49,994 bases of DNA from Chthonomonadales bacterium (GCA_038217285.1 JBBQPO010000010.1:1-49994); one strand, 5' to 3'. Numbered from the stretch's first letter, positions 37,655-47,819 are shown. The notes: generated by a model from the sequence alone, not told the origin. Numbers and translations are program-made.

Positions 37655-40600
37655 ATGACATTCCCACGGATAACCGCATCCACTACTGCCGCCGCGCTTA
37701 CTCTTGCCCTCCTGGTTGGCAGAGAAGGGCTTGCTGCGGCACAGGCGCTCCACCCACGCCTCGCTCTCGCGCCTGTCTCCGCAGAGCGCAGTTCCGGCGG
37801 GAGGCGCCCACGGCCCCCCGTGAACTATGCGCGACTCCCCATGGCTTTCGAAGCCAGGGGAGGACAAAAGGATCGACACAACGATTTCGCAGCGCAGGGG
37901 GCCGGCTATCGCCTGGCGCTCTCGCCGCGCGAAGCCACGTTCCAACTGGCAAGGGCCGCCACTCGACCGACGGTGGGACGCCAGGGCCTGCAGGCCGAGA
38001 ACTCTCCGGCACAGGTCGAAACCCTGAAGATGCAACTGGTAGGGGCAAACCCGTCTGCCTGCGCCGTGCAAAACGCCGCTCCAACCGGGCACACGAGCTA
38101 TTTTATCGGCAAAGATCCCGCCCAGTGGCGCACCGGCATTCCCCTCTACGAACGGGTTTCGTATCGTCAGGTTTACAAAGGAATCGATCTGGTCTACTAC
38201 GGCAACCAGCACCTACTGGAGTACGATTTTCTCGTGCGTCCCGGAACCGATCCGAAGCGCATCGCCCTGAAGTTCGCGGGCGCGCAGAAGGTACGGATCG
38301 CTCCGAATGGGGATCTGGTGCTCGGCTTGAAGCAAGGGGAAGTCCGCTGGCATCGTCCGCTGACGTATCAGATGATAGCGGGCAAGAAGCGAACCGTCGC
38401 CAGCGCCTTTGTGCTGCATAGCGACGGGGAAGTCGGCTTTCGGCTGGCACGCTACGACACGGCGCGCGCACTCACCATCGATCCGCAGCTTCTCTACTCT
38501 ACTTTTCTCGGTGGGACGACCAGTGAACATGCCGGCGCGCTCGCTGTGGACAGCGCAGGCAACACCTATATCACCGGCACTGCCAACTCCGCCGACTTTC
38601 CGACCACGCCAGGGGTCTTCCAGACAACCGGGCATGGCGCGTTTGTCGCCAAGTTGAATCCTGCGGGCACCGCCCTCCTCTATTCGACCCACCTGGGTGG
38701 CTCGGGGAACGATACCGGCAATGGGATCGCGATAGACAGCCAGGGCAACGCCTATATCACCGGTGAAACCTCTTCCAACGACTTTCCGATCACGCAAGGG
38801 GCTTTCCAGACAACCAACAAGCAGGCGACGAAGAACAGCGGTAATGCCTTTGTCGCCAAGCTGAACCCTACGGGCACAGCCCTGATCTACTCCACCTATC
38901 TCGGCGGACAGGAGAATATAGATGGGTTTGATTCCGGCAATGGGATCGCGGTAGACAGCCAGGGCAACGCCTATATCGCAGGCGTGACCAATGCGCTCGA
39001 TTTCCCGACGACCGCAGGGGCCTTCCAGACGACAAGCTACTACAACGACACGGCGGTGAACATTCGCCCGAACGGCTTCCTCTCCAAACTGAACCCTACC
39101 GGTTCGGCCCTGGTCTACTCCACCTACCTGGGAGGCAGTTCGACAACGTGCTATGCGATCGCGCTGGACAGTGCGGGCGACGCGTATGTCACCGGCGGTA
39201 CAAGCGGGCACTTTCCGACGACGCCCGGCGCCTTTCAGGAGACAAACACGATACCGGTTGGCGGAGGCAACAACGCCTTTGTCACCAAATTCAATCCTGC
39301 CGGCACCGCCCTGGTCTACTCGACCTACCTGGGAGGGAGCAAGGATGATGTCGGTTTCGGCATCGCGTTGGATGGCGCCGGCAACGCCTATGTCGCCGGA
39401 ACGGCCTTCTCCAAAAACTTCCCGACGACTCCTGGCGCATTCCAACCGACCCGGACAGCGATCGCCGACCGGAACCCCAATCTGTTTGCCTCCAAGTTGA
39501 ACCCGACCGGTTCGGCCCTGGTCTTCTCGACCTATCTGGGAGGAAGCATCGAGGACGACTGCACGGGTCTCGTCCTGGACAGCGCCGGGAACATGTGCCT
39601 CACAGGCGTGACCTCCTCACCCGACTTTCCGACGACGGTGGGCGCCTCTCAGCGGACCCTCAAGGGAAAAGGCGGAGACGGCAATGCCTTCGTGACCCGG
39701 CTGAACGCGACCGGCACCGCCCTCCTCTACTCCACCTACCTCGGAGGAACCAGCAGTGTCGGGGGATTCGCGGGCGCGGGCGATCTCGCCTACGGCCTTG
39801 CCATCGACAGCTTCGGGAATGCTACGGTCGTTGGCGACACCTCTTCCCTGGACTTTCCCACGACGCCCAACGCTTTCCAGCGAACATTTAGCGCGGCGGC
39901 CACCCGTTCCACGGCGTTTGTGACCCGCCTCTCCACCCATCCGATCTTCCCGGACTTCAACAACGATGGTGCCACCGATCTGCTGTTGCAGAACTCGACC
40001 ACCCAGCAGGTCGCCGCCTGGTTTATGAACGGCCCCACCCTCCAGGGCAGCAGCGGCTTCTCTCAGACGCCTCCTGCCACCTATTCCCTGGTCGGCGCAG
40101 GCGACTTCCGCGGGGATGGCGTCACGACCCTGGTCTTCCAGGACACCGTCGACAACCGTGTCATTCTCTGGTATACCGCCGGCGTCAACAACGCCCACAT
40201 CTCTGGAGGCGACTATGTCAGCCAGACTCCGGGCCCGGGTTGGAAAGTAGTAGGCGTCGCCGACTTCAACCATGACGGTCGCTCCGACCTGCTGTTCCAG
40301 AACCAGACCACCGGTGAACTCGCCCTCTGGTTTCTGAAAGGACCCTACTATCAGGGCGGCCTGCGGCTGCTCAACATGCCTGCGGCGGGCTGGCCCGTGG
40401 TCGGCACGGGAGATTTCAACGGAGATGGCTACCCCGACATTGCCTTCCAGAACCAGACGACAGGCCAGATCGTGATCTGGTTCATGAACGGCCCCACCTT
40501 CGTGGACGGGGATATCGTGCAGACGCGTCCGGGGGCGGGCTGGAAAGTAGTCGGTGTCGGCGACTACAACGGAGACGGCAAGGCCGACCTGCTGTTTCAG

Positions 40601-40714
40601 AACCAGAACACCCATCAGGGCGCGGTCTGGTATATGAACGGGACGCTCTTCCAGGGAGGAAGCTTGCTGTTCCCTGGCCCACCGGCCGGCGCGAACATCG
40701 TCGGGCCCCGCTAA
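37655..40714 (+). CDS. Secreted SBBP beta-propeller repeat protein with a C-terminal FG-GAP module
   Basis: RBS AAGGAG; signal peptide; LPMAFE...YKGIDLVYYG...LEYDFLV...LTIDP N-domain; seven (Y/F)ST(Y/F/H)LGG repeats; five FG-GAP units ending VGPR. Confidence 0.92.
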   Translation: MTFPRITASTTAAALTLALLVGREGLAAAQALHPRLALAPVSAERSSGGRRPRPPVNYARLPMAFEARGGQKDRHNDFAAQGAGYRLALSPREATFQLARAATRPTVGRQGLQAENSPAQVETLKMQLVGANPSACAVQNAAPTGHTSYFIGKDPAQWRTGIPLYERVSYRQVYKGIDLVYYGNQHLLEYDFLVRPGTDPKRIALKFAGAQKVRIAPNGDLVLGLKQGEVRWHRPLTYQMIAGKKRTVASAFVLHSDGEVGFRLARYDTARALTIDPQLLYSTFLGGTTSEHAGALAVDSAGNTYITGTANSADFPTTPGVFQTTGHGAFVAKLNPAGTALLYSTHLGGSGNDTGNGIAIDSQGNAYITGETSSNDFPITQGAFQTTNKQATKNSGNAFVAKLNPTGTALIYSTYLGGQENIDGFDSGNGIAVDSQGNAYIAGVTNALDFPTTAGAFQTTSYYNDTAVNIRPNGFLSKLNPTGSALVYSTYLGGSSTTCYAIALDSAGDAYVTGGTSGHFPTTPGAFQETNTIPVGGGNNAFVTKFNPAGTALVYSTYLGGSKDDVGFGIALDGAGNAYVAGTAFSKNFPTTPGAFQPTRTAIADRNPNLFASKLNPTGSALVFSTYLGGSIEDDCTGLVLDSAGNMCLTGVTSSPDFPTTVGASQRTLKGKGGDGNAFVTRLNATGTALLYSTYLGGTSSVGGFAGAGDLAYGLAIDSFGNATVVGDTSSLDFPTTPNAFQRTFSAAATRSTAFVTRLSTHPIFPDFNNDGATDLLLQNSTTQQVAAWFMNGPTLQGSSGFSQTPPATYSLVGAGDFRGDGVTTLVFQDTVDNRVILWYTAGVNNAHISGGDYVSQTPGPGWKVVGVADFNHDGRSDLLFQNQTTGELALWFLKGPYYQGGLRLLNMPAAGWPVVGTGDFNGDGYPDIAFQNQTTGQIVIWFMNGPTFVDGDIVQTRPGAGWKVVGVGDYNGDGKADLLFQNQNTHQGAVWYMNGTLFQGGSLLFPGPPAGANIVGPR

Positions 40715-40765
40715 ATTTGGCCTGCCGGTGCAGGCCCTCGCCTATGTGCTCGCAGGTGACCAAAA

Positions 40766-41332
40766 ATGAATGCTGAAAGCGATTGCCAGCCGATCTTAAC
40801 CGGGCAAAGGGTCATTCTCCGCCCTCCCCGGGAGACAGACAAACACGACCGCCTTGCCGATGGCCGCGACGCCGAGTTTCGCAAGATGGTCGGCGGCGAT
40901 CCGCGCACCCTGCCGCCGCTCACGGCAGCCGCAGTCGAACCGTGGTATCATCAGGTGTCCCAGGACTGTTACCACTGGATTATCGAAGCCGAAGGGCACT
41001 GTATTGGCACAGTGCGGCGTCACGCCATCGATACAGAGAATCGCCGGGCCAAGTTTGCCATCGGGATATTCGGGCCGGAGTTTCGCGGGCGCGGCCTGGG
41101 GACAGAGGCGACCCGCCTCATCCTCACGCATGCGTTCGAGGCGCTGTCGCTTCACCGTGTGGAACTGCGGGGCTTGACGTTCAACCAGCGGGTCATCGCC
41201 TGTTACGAGCGGTGCGGCTTTGTGCGCGAGGGCATCGAACGCGAAGGCTCCTGGATCGGCGGCCAGTGGCAGAGCGACATGATCATGAGCCTTTTGGAAC
41301 AGGATTACAAGCCCGCCCCTGGAGACGCCTGA
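40766..41332 (+). CDS. GNAT N-acetyltransferase, RimJ/RimL family
   Basis: GQRVILRP, FRGRGLGTEA, LHRVEL...NQRVIACYERCGFVREG. Confidence 0.9.
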   Translation: MNAESDCQPILTGQRVILRPPRETDKHDRLADGRDAEFRKMVGGDPRTLPPLTAAAVEPWYHQVSQDCYHWIIEAEGHCIGTVRRHAIDTENRRAKFAIGIFGPEFRGRGLGTEATRLILTHAFEALSLHRVELRGLTFNQRVIACYERCGFVREGIEREGSWIGGQWQSDMIMSLLEQDYKPAPGDA

Positions 41333-41376
41333 CACTGAATCGCAATGGTCTGTGCGTCTTGAAAGGTTGTTCATTC

Positions 41377-41871
41377 ATGCGTTCTGAGGACGTCGTTCCC
41401 AACTATCAGCGTTATCTCTCCGTGGAAGGTCATCTCTCTTCCAAGACGAAGCAACTGGTGCGCAAAGGGCTCCCCAACTCCTTGCCGCTGAACAGTCGCG
41501 TCTGCTTCCTCGCCGCGGCGTATGCGGACTTACTGCTTCCCAAAGAGTTCGATACCCTGTTCGGCTACCATCGCGAGGAGACGGTTATCAGGCACGAAGC
41601 CGAGCTCGAGATCGTCTTTCGCCTGAAACATCTGGCTACGGCGACCTTTACCTGTGTCCGAATCGTCGCCGTGACGCAGCAGCTTTCGGAGGCACTGCAG
41701 GAGATTCCGGATGGCTTCAAGACCATTGGTGTCCTTGAGTTTCCGGACGGCGTCCCGCCCCTCATCGATGACTTGCCGACGCTGGACGACTGGAATGAGT
41801 CCGGCGAAGCCGTCGCTTTGTGCAGTCGGGAAACATTGCAGGCGATCAAGCAACGCCGCGTCGCTGCCTGA
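41377..41871 (+). CDS. Hypothetical protein
   Basis: ATG 41377 (MRSEDVVPNYQ...), the non-overlapping part of track ORF 40783-41871; no motif recognised. Confidence 0.6.
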   Translation: MRSEDVVPNYQRYLSVEGHLSSKTKQLVRKGLPNSLPLNSRVCFLAAAYADLLLPKEFDTLFGYHREETVIRHEAELEIVFRLKHLATATFTCVRIVAVTQQLSEALQEIPDGFKTIGVLEFPDGVPPLIDDLPTLDDWNESGEAVALCSRETLQAIKQRRVAA

Positions 41872-41973
41872 CAGCGGCCTCTATCAGCCTGACACGAAAA
41901 CGGAACCCACCGGCTGCGTGTTGAAGTAGGGTCTATTCTCTACTTCTCAGCAACATTTAGGAAGGTCAAGGAG

Positions 41974-42423
41974 ATGGCGGTCGGTTTAGAAGAGATACTG
42001 AATAGCTTCTATTTCTCGCAGCGGTTCTTCCGCGCTCACCTGAATGGGATGCGGGCAGACCAGTGGGACTGGAAGCCCTTTCCGGCGTGCCGATCTATTC
42101 GCGAGATACTGCTGCACTGGGCGGAGCAGTTTACTCCCGGCCAGACGGCCTTTCAAGCCGCACTGGAGCCGACTACGCCGGATGTGGCTCTCGTACAGAC
42201 GTTGATGAAAGAAGCAGGCGTACGATTTGCGGACGGGTATCGTGAGAAATATGCGGAGACGCCTATGGACGCGCCATTTCCGAATGGAACTCCGGTCGGA
42301 ACAGTCCTGGCATCGCTTTCGGGCGAGGACAACTACCATGCGGGCCAGGTCGCCTTCATCCGACTGGCGACGGATCCCGACTGGGACTGGGTGAAAGCGG
42401 TTCACCAGACCCCTATGTGCTAG
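41974..42423 (+). CDS. DinB family protein
   Basis: QWDWKP...SIREILLH...EDNYHAGQV; RBS AAGGAG. Confidence 0.8.
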   Translation: MAVGLEEILNSFYFSQRFFRAHLNGMRADQWDWKPFPACRSIREILLHWAEQFTPGQTAFQAALEPTTPDVALVQTLMKEAGVRFADGYREKYAETPMDAPFPNGTPVGTVLASLSGEDNYHAGQVAFIRLATDPDWDWVKAVHQTPMC

Positions 42424-42516
42424 AAACCCTCCTCGGTCTGCAACCGGCCGTGAGTAGCCCTCGCCGGACGGCCATCTCTAGGCGGGTAGGCACAATGCGG
42501 GAGGCCGGAACCGGTT

Positions 42517-42717
42517 TTACCTGCGGAAGCGCTCGGCGGCGCGCTCTTTCGCTTTGCTGGCCTCTTCCTCCCGATCCTTGGGGGCTGCAGCCGACTCGAG
42601 CGAGGCCAGAAGCCGAGCCGATATTCCGGCGATCTCGTCGACCGCCGCCTGGAAGGCGGCCTCATTCGCCTTCGAGGGTCTATTGAAGCCGCTGATCTTC
42701 CTGACGAACTGCATCGA
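42517..42717 (-). pseudogene. DUF2277-like protein, 5'-truncated
   Basis: SMQFVRKISGFNRPSKANEAAFQAAVDEIA...KDREEEASKAKERAAERF; the N-terminus recalled for this family (MCRNI...) is missing. Confidence 0.7.
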
Positions 42718-43009
42718 TGGGGAAGATGCCGCGATTGGGGATCCGCTGGCGGACGTGGCGAACAGCCGTCTCGAAATCCTCTGGGCGCTGGGCCGTGACG
42801 CGATGGAGCGTTTCACACAGCACTATCAGTCCCTCGCGCCGCTCGACATCACCGACCTCCCTCTCTGGGATCTTTGCGCCGCCTTGCGTCCCGTCCGCAC
42901 TATGACCGCGTAGGGCCTCGACGCACAAACCGAGCGCTCTATGCGCTCAGGACTGCAGGAGTTTATCACACGAGCTCTCGCCTCTGCGCTGGCACCGGAA
43001 GCAAAGTGA
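42713..43009 (+). pseudogene. C-terminal remnant of an APH-family phosphotransferase
   Basis: IDGEDAAIGDPLADVANSRLE (decayed IDWE...GDP..D motif); internal TAG at 42911-42913; frame continues to TGA at 43007-43009. Confidence 0.7.
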
Positions 43010-43146
43010 ACGCGACAGACTGGTATCAGCCGGATAACGAGCAGAGATTTACCACCCTCCGTCGTGCTGAACCTGCATGGAGGGAACGATTCGGATGTGG
43101 AGCCCGTCCACCTTTGCAGAAACGTTCTTAAAGAGGGGTAGAAGAC

Positions 43147-43434
43147 ATGCCAGACAAAGTAGATGAGAAGAAAAAAACGATACGAGCGGAAGAACATGAG
43201 GAAGCGCTCCATCCTACACCGCACAATCCAGCGGGCGATGTCGAACTCGTCACTGCCAACAGTGCCAACCACGAGCATGGCCTTCAGAACAAAGAGATCA
43301 ACAAAGAGCATCGGCGGGAAGTCGATATTCATAGCGACGATAAGAATGAGCGCAATACCCATGTGCCGAAGGTCGAGCAGTTCGCGCACGACCTGAAGGC
43401 CGAGGAGGAAAAGTCCGGGAAAGACGATTCCTGA
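43147..43434 (+). CDS. Small hydrophilic, charged hypothetical protein
   Basis: RBS GAGGGG; rich in E/K/H/D, probably disordered. Confidence 0.7.
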   Translation: MPDKVDEKKKTIRAEEHEEALHPTPHNPAGDVELVTANSANHEHGLQNKEINKEHRREVDIHSDDKNERNTHVPKVEQFAHDLKAEEEKSGKDDS

Positions 43435-43548
43435 CAGACCTCTCTCAGAGAAGTCTTCGGCCTTGCCGAAACGAGAGGTGTCCCACTGTTCAAGACAGTG
43501 GGACATCTTCGTTCGTTGTGTCGCCTTCCACCAATTTCCACGGCGACC

Positions 43549-43578
43549 TTGACAGGCGGCGAATTTTCGCAGTATGCT
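43549..43578 (+). promoter_or_regulatory. Putative sigma70 promoter
   Basis: TTGACA-18 bp-TATGCT upstream of the gene at 43610. Confidence 0.55.
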
Positions 43579-43609
43579 TTTGCTATTCCACCGCTTTCAG
43601 GAGAGAGAC

Positions 43610-44401
43610 ATGGCTTCCAAACTCGCAGTGCAGATGTATACGATCCGGGATTTCACGCAGACGGCGGAGGGACTGGCGGAGAGCCTGGAGAAGATCCGGG
43701 CCATCGGTTATGAAGCGGTGCAGTTCTCGTCGGTTGCGGCCGTCGAGAGTGCGAACCCGCAGGTCTCGACCGAGCAACTGCGTCGCATGCTCGCCGACAA
43801 CGGCCTGAAATGTGTGGCGACCCATCGCGGTTGGGACGCTCTTATGAACCGCACGGAGGAGGAAATCGCCTTCCATCGCGCGCTGGAGTGCGACTATGTC
43901 GCGATCGGCGGACTGCCTGGTGGCTACAGCGAGCGCGGCGCGGAGGGCTACCGGAAGTTCGTGCAGGACGTGGCCCCGGTCGTTGCCAAGCTCAAGGCCG
44001 CAGGCATACGCTTCGGCTACCACAACCACGATTTCGAGTTCCGCCGATCCGGAGAAGGCTCCGGCACGCTCTACGACATCCTGGTGGCGGAAGGTGGCGC
44101 GGACCTGATGCTCGAAGTGGATGTCTACTGGGTCCAGCACGCGGGCGCCAATCCTGCGCGCCTGGTGCGGGAAAACGCCGGGCGCGTCCCCGTGATTCAT
44201 CTCAAAGACAAAGAGGTGGTGGCGAAAGAGGGGCCGGTCATGGCCGCGATAGGCGAAGGCAATCTGGACTGGGACGGTATTCTCGCCGCCTGCGCCGAGG
44301 CCGAAGTCGTTTGGTACTGCGTCGAGCAGGATGTCTGCCGCCGCGACCCGTTCGACTGCCTACGCTCCAGCTACGAGTATTTGAGCGGACGCGGGCTGTA
44401 G
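43610..44401 (+). CDS. Sugar phosphate isomerase/epimerase
   Basis: LAVQMYTIR, FGYHNHDFEF, EVDVYW, IHLKD, IGEGNLDW, WYCVEQD. Confidence 0.9.
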   Translation: MASKLAVQMYTIRDFTQTAEGLAESLEKIRAIGYEAVQFSSVAAVESANPQVSTEQLRRMLADNGLKCVATHRGWDALMNRTEEEIAFHRALECDYVAIGGLPGGYSERGAEGYRKFVQDVAPVVAKLKAAGIRFGYHNHDFEFRRSGEGSGTLYDILVAEGGADLMLEVDVYWVQHAGANPARLVRENAGRVPVIHLKDKEVVAKEGPVMAAIGEGNLDWDGILAACAEAEVVWYCVEQDVCRRDPFDCLRSSYEYLSGRGL

Positions 44402-44467
44402 AGCCTTCTGTCCGCCCTGCGTCAGAACGAGCTACGGAACAGATTTGGAGAGAAAACGGAGAGAAGC

Positions 44468-45574
44468 GTGAATACGGAAGAGGTTGTTGCGGACATCGAG
44501 GCGCTGGGATTCGATGCAGAGCGGCTCAAGCGACTGCGTACGCTGGTGGAGCATGGCGTCACGGAAGGGATGTATCCGGCGGCCGTCTATCGGGTGCTGC
44601 GGCGCGGGCATATCGTCGCGCAGGGGGCGCTGGGCATGGCGCAGCCGGACGCCGTCCCGCCCGTCGCGACGACGCTCGCAACGATCTTCGATATGGCCTC
44701 GATCTCCAAACCTTTCGCCGCTCTCCTGCTCCTACAGTGCGTGGAGCGAGGAGATCTGCATCTGGGGCAGCTCGTCGGGGATTTCCTGCCGGAAGCGGGC
44801 GAAACCCCGGTGGCGAAAGTGAGCCTGCGGCAGATCGCCACCCACACCAGCGGTCTGCCGCCCTGGAAGCCGCTCTATCAGGGGCCGAACGCGCTCGCGC
44901 AGATCTTCGCCACGCCGTTGGACCATGAGCCGGGAACCCACTACGCCTACAGCGACCTGGGCTATATCCTGCTTGGGGAGATCGTCGCGCGCGTCAGCGG
45001 TAAACCGCTCGATGCGCTCGCGCAGGAGCGTATCTTCACCCCACTCGGCATGACCCACACAGCCTACTGCCCCCCGGCAGCCTGGCAGCCGCAGATCGCG
45101 GCGACGGCGAACTGCGGTTGGCGCAAAGACCGCATCCTGGTCGGCGAAGTCCACGACGCCAATGCCCATAGCCTCGGTGGGGTCTCCGGACACGCCGGGC
45201 TCTTCTCCAACGCCCCCGACCTCACCCGCCTCGCGCTCGCGTTCCAGTATCCGGAGGTAGCGGCGGCGAACGACATTCCGCCCGTTCTCGCCCCACTGAC
45301 TCGCCGTCTGGCGCAGGAACGCCAGATCGCCCCGGAGATCGGCGGGCACTCCATCGGATGGTTTACGCCGCCCAACGGCATGCTGCCCTTTGCCGATCTC
45401 CTCTCCCCACGCACCTTCGGGCATACCGGCTTCACCGGTACCCTGCTGATGTTCGACCCGGAGCATGAACTCACCCTCATGCTGCTCACCAACAGCGTCT
45501 ACACGCCGAAAGGCGGCCTGCTCACGCTCCGCCGCCTCTTCGCCAACGCCGTCGCCGGGGCGATCCGCCGATAG
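44468..45574 (+). CDS. Serine hydrolase, beta-lactamase/AmpC-like family
   Basis: FDMASISK (SxxK), THTSGL, YSDLGY, GEVHDANA, GHAGLFS, FGHTGFTGT. Confidence 0.92.
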   Translation: MNTEEVVADIEALGFDAERLKRLRTLVEHGVTEGMYPAAVYRVLRRGHIVAQGALGMAQPDAVPPVATTLATIFDMASISKPFAALLLLQCVERGDLHLGQLVGDFLPEAGETPVAKVSLRQIATHTSGLPPWKPLYQGPNALAQIFATPLDHEPGTHYAYSDLGYILLGEIVARVSGKPLDALAQERIFTPLGMTHTAYCPPAAWQPQIAATANCGWRKDRILVGEVHDANAHSLGGVSGHAGLFSNAPDLTRLALAFQYPEVAAANDIPPVLAPLTRRLAQERQIAPEIGGHSIGWFTPPNGMLPFADLLSPRTFGHTGFTGTLLMFDPEHELTLMLLTNSVYTPKGGLLTLRRLFANAVAGAIRR

Positions 45575-45582
45575 ACAGAGTG

Positions 45583-45619
45583 AGGGACCGGAACGCTGTC
45601 GATGGCGCTCCGGTCCCTT
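45583..45619. terminator. Hairpin between convergent genes
   Basis: AGGGACCGGA...TCCGGTCCCT. Confidence 0.55.
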
Positions 45620-45693
45620 GCTCTGGTCTCTTCCCCGGTCTGTTTACCTGTGCCGCAAGGCGCAGACGCCCAGGTCTTATCTGCCTCGCCGCC

Positions 45694-46536
45694 CTACTCG
45701 TTGACGTTCACATTGTCGCCATGAGAGCCGTCCTGGAAGTTGATATTGCCCTGCCCATCGGACTGATTGTTCTCCGTTGCGTCCGATTCTCCGTTCTGGC
45801 CCGTCTCATTCACCGTTTCGCTGCCGTCTGGATGCACCACGACTCTGGCCTTGCTTCCATCCTGGAAATGGATGTCGGAAGACATGTCTCCATTGACGCC
45901 GGAAAACAACGTTGCATCGAAGTGGGAACCGTCTCCGAGCGTGCCCTGCGCCGTCCCGGTTTCGGTATCGACGCCTATCTCGAGATCGCCAGTTTCGGTG
46001 TCCCCCTGCGAGTCCTGCACGACGGTATGGATCAGGAGGGGGCTGCGGTTTGCGTCCTTGAGAGTGACATCCGCCGTTCCCTTGTCGCCCTTAAACGAAC
46101 CTGCCTTGATATCGAAGGTTAGGTGCAGGACCGCCGGGTACGTATCCGGTATACCGTTCGCCCACACCGGAACGCCCCAGCTTACGCTCCCTGCCGCAAC
46201 GGCATGCGCGGCATCGGTAAACAGATCGTATTTGCCGGATCCGTCCGCATTCGTGGTGAGCGTATAGTAGAGTTGGGTAGGGGCATCCTGTCCGGTGACG
46301 GCGGCGAGAGAGGACATCGCGCTGCGGGTTCTGTTGATGACCGCCTGGCCTGCGCTGAAACTGAGACTGGCGAACGCTCTCTTGTTACGTGTCGTTCGCG
46401 CTGCGGCGAGCGTATGTAGTCGAGCCGTTTCCCTGGACGGTGAAGAGGCGCTTTGGGAGCTGCCTCCTCCGCCACAGCCCGCGAGCGTCACAATAGCCAG
46501 CGCTGCCAGGGAGAACGAAACTGTCTTGCTTGCCAT
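45694..46536 (-). CDS. Lipoprotein, beta-rich, unknown function
   Basis: RBS AGGAGG; lipobox LAGC + GGGGSS; repeated beta-hairpins (DGS, GDT). Confidence 0.82.
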   Translation of the reverse strand: MASKTVSFSLAALAIVTLAGCGGGGSSQSASSPSRETARLHTLAAARTTRNKRAFASLSFSAGQAVINRTRSAMSSLAAVTGQDAPTQLYYTLTTNADGSGKYDLFTDAAHAVAAGSVSWGVPVWANGIPDTYPAVLHLTFDIKAGSFKGDKGTADVTLKDANRSPLLIHTVVQDSQGDTETGDLEIGVDTETGTAQGTLGDGSHFDATLFSGVNGDMSSDIHFQDGSKARVVVHPDGSETVNETGQNGESDATENNQSDGQGNINFQDGSHGDNVNVNE

Positions 46537-46569
46537 GAATCCTCCTGCTGAGACCGTCTTACTAGCGCT

Positions 46570-46598
46570 ACTGTACATCAAAGCAGGTTCAATGTCAA
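46570..46598 (-). promoter_or_regulatory. Sigma70 promoter of the lipoprotein gene
   Basis: Minus strand TTGACA-17 bp-TACAGT. Confidence 0.6.
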
Positions 46599-46651
46599 TG
46601 TATATTCCGCTCCCAGTTTGCCGGCGTCGAACAGGAGGCCGTACTCCTGGC

Positions 46652-47623
46652 CTACTCCGACGCTAACGTGGAGTCCGTAATCGCCAGATGATGCCCGCGT
46701 TGCACGTAGTGGACCTGCGTGACTCCCAGTACGCTGCGCAGACTGTCTGCAGGAACGAGCATCGGCCCCGGCCCTTTCGCTTTGCCCGGTTCCGGCTGCG
46801 GAAAGGCGGTCGAACGCGCCGTGTGGAACGTGACGTTGCCCTCGATCTTCTGCAGCGTCTGATGGATATGGCCGTTCAAGACCGTCACGGAGCCGAACCG
46901 CTTCAAGTAGCTCAGCGCCTGCGCGCTATCCTGCGTTCCCCAGCCCCACTCCGGATAGACTGACCAGAGCGACACATGGGCGAAGACCACGACAGGGGTG
47001 CTACTCGACAGTCCTTTGACATCCTTTTTCAGCCAGGCCAACTGCTCCTGCCCCAGGACGCCCAGGCCCGCACCATCGAACTCCAGCACGTTGACCAGAC
47101 CGATGAAATGCACTCCGCGATGCGTAAAGCTGCTCCAGCCTCGCCCCTGAGAGCCGCGACCAAAACGCTCCATATAGAGCTTGCCATGATCCGACACATC
47201 GTGTTCGCCGGGCACGTAAAACTTCTGGGCGACCTTCAACTCCTTCAAGACCTGATCCACCGTATCGAACTCCTCCGGTTTGGCCAGGTGCGATATGTCG
47301 CCCGTATGCAGCAGAAGGTCCGGCGTCGGCGACATCGCATTGATGCGTTTTACCGCCTCTTGCAGGGTGCCGACTACATTGGTATTGGCCGGCTTGGCAA
47401 AGCCGATATGACTGTCGCTGATCTGAACGAAGGTGAAATCTCCCTTGCCCGCTTTTGCCGCTTGTCCGAGCGCCTGAGACTGTGGAATACCCCCGCTCAC
47501 GGTCCATACCAGGCCGGTTCCAGCCCAGGCCATGCACTTCAGAAAACCACGCCGGTCCATGCTTCCCTCGGAACCGGGTTCGATCTCCGCTGTTTCCAGA
47601 ACATCCTCTTGTTTAGCCTGCAT
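46652..47623 (-). CDS. Tat-exported calcineurin-like metallophosphoesterase (CpdA-like)
   Basis: DRRGFLK twin-arginine signal; QISDSH, HTGD, PGEHD, VFAH, NGHIH; RBS GAGGAG. Confidence 0.92.
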   Translation of the reverse strand: MQAKQEDVLETAEIEPGSEGSMDRRGFLKCMAWAGTGLVWTVSGGIPQSQALGQAAKAGKGDFTFVQISDSHIGFAKPANTNVVGTLQEAVKRINAMSPTPDLLLHTGDISHLAKPEEFDTVDQVLKELKVAQKFYVPGEHDVSDHGKLYMERFGRGSQGRGWSSFTHRGVHFIGLVNVLEFDGAGLGVLGQEQLAWLKKDVKGLSSSTPVVVFAHVSLWSVYPEWGWGTQDSAQALSYLKRFGSVTVLNGHIHQTLQKIEGNVTFHTARSTAFPQPEPGKAKGPGPMLVPADSLRSVLGVTQVHYVQRGHHLAITDSTLASE

Positions 47624-47673
47624 TGTCCGCTCCTCAGAAGTCGAAGTAGGGAGAGATCTTCCCTCATGGGGTG

Positions 47674-47700
47674 CTACCCCTGCGTCCTGCAATCTATTCC
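47674..47700 (-). promoter_or_regulatory. Putative ECF promoter (GGAATA-N17-GTAG)
   Basis: Minus strand GGAATAGATTGCAGGACGCAGGGGTAG; same motif and spacing as 47824-47850. Confidence 0.6.
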
Positions 47701-47819
47701 ACCAAGAATTTAAACTTGCCGAACTTTCTGCAGCCATGCGTGTTCCGGCCAGTGGCACGAGAGAGAAGGCCCTCCACGAAATGGCATCTCTCGATATTCT
47801 TCGAGGGCATTGTATTTGG

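Noticed and set aside
38480-39940. Periodic ~190-220-bp DNA repeats as a possible CRISPR or other array
   Set aside because: They are in-frame SBBP coding repeats; no constant repeat with unique spacers anywhere in the window.
40783-41376. Long N-terminal extension overlapping the GNAT gene
   Set aside because: Out-of-frame overlap; the plausible gene starts at ATG 41377.
44468-45574. Antibiotic-resistance beta-lactamase call
   Set aside because: Motifs (GEVHD, YSD, HTG) fit the broad esterase/peptidoglycan-recycling serine hydrolase group; resistance is not supported.
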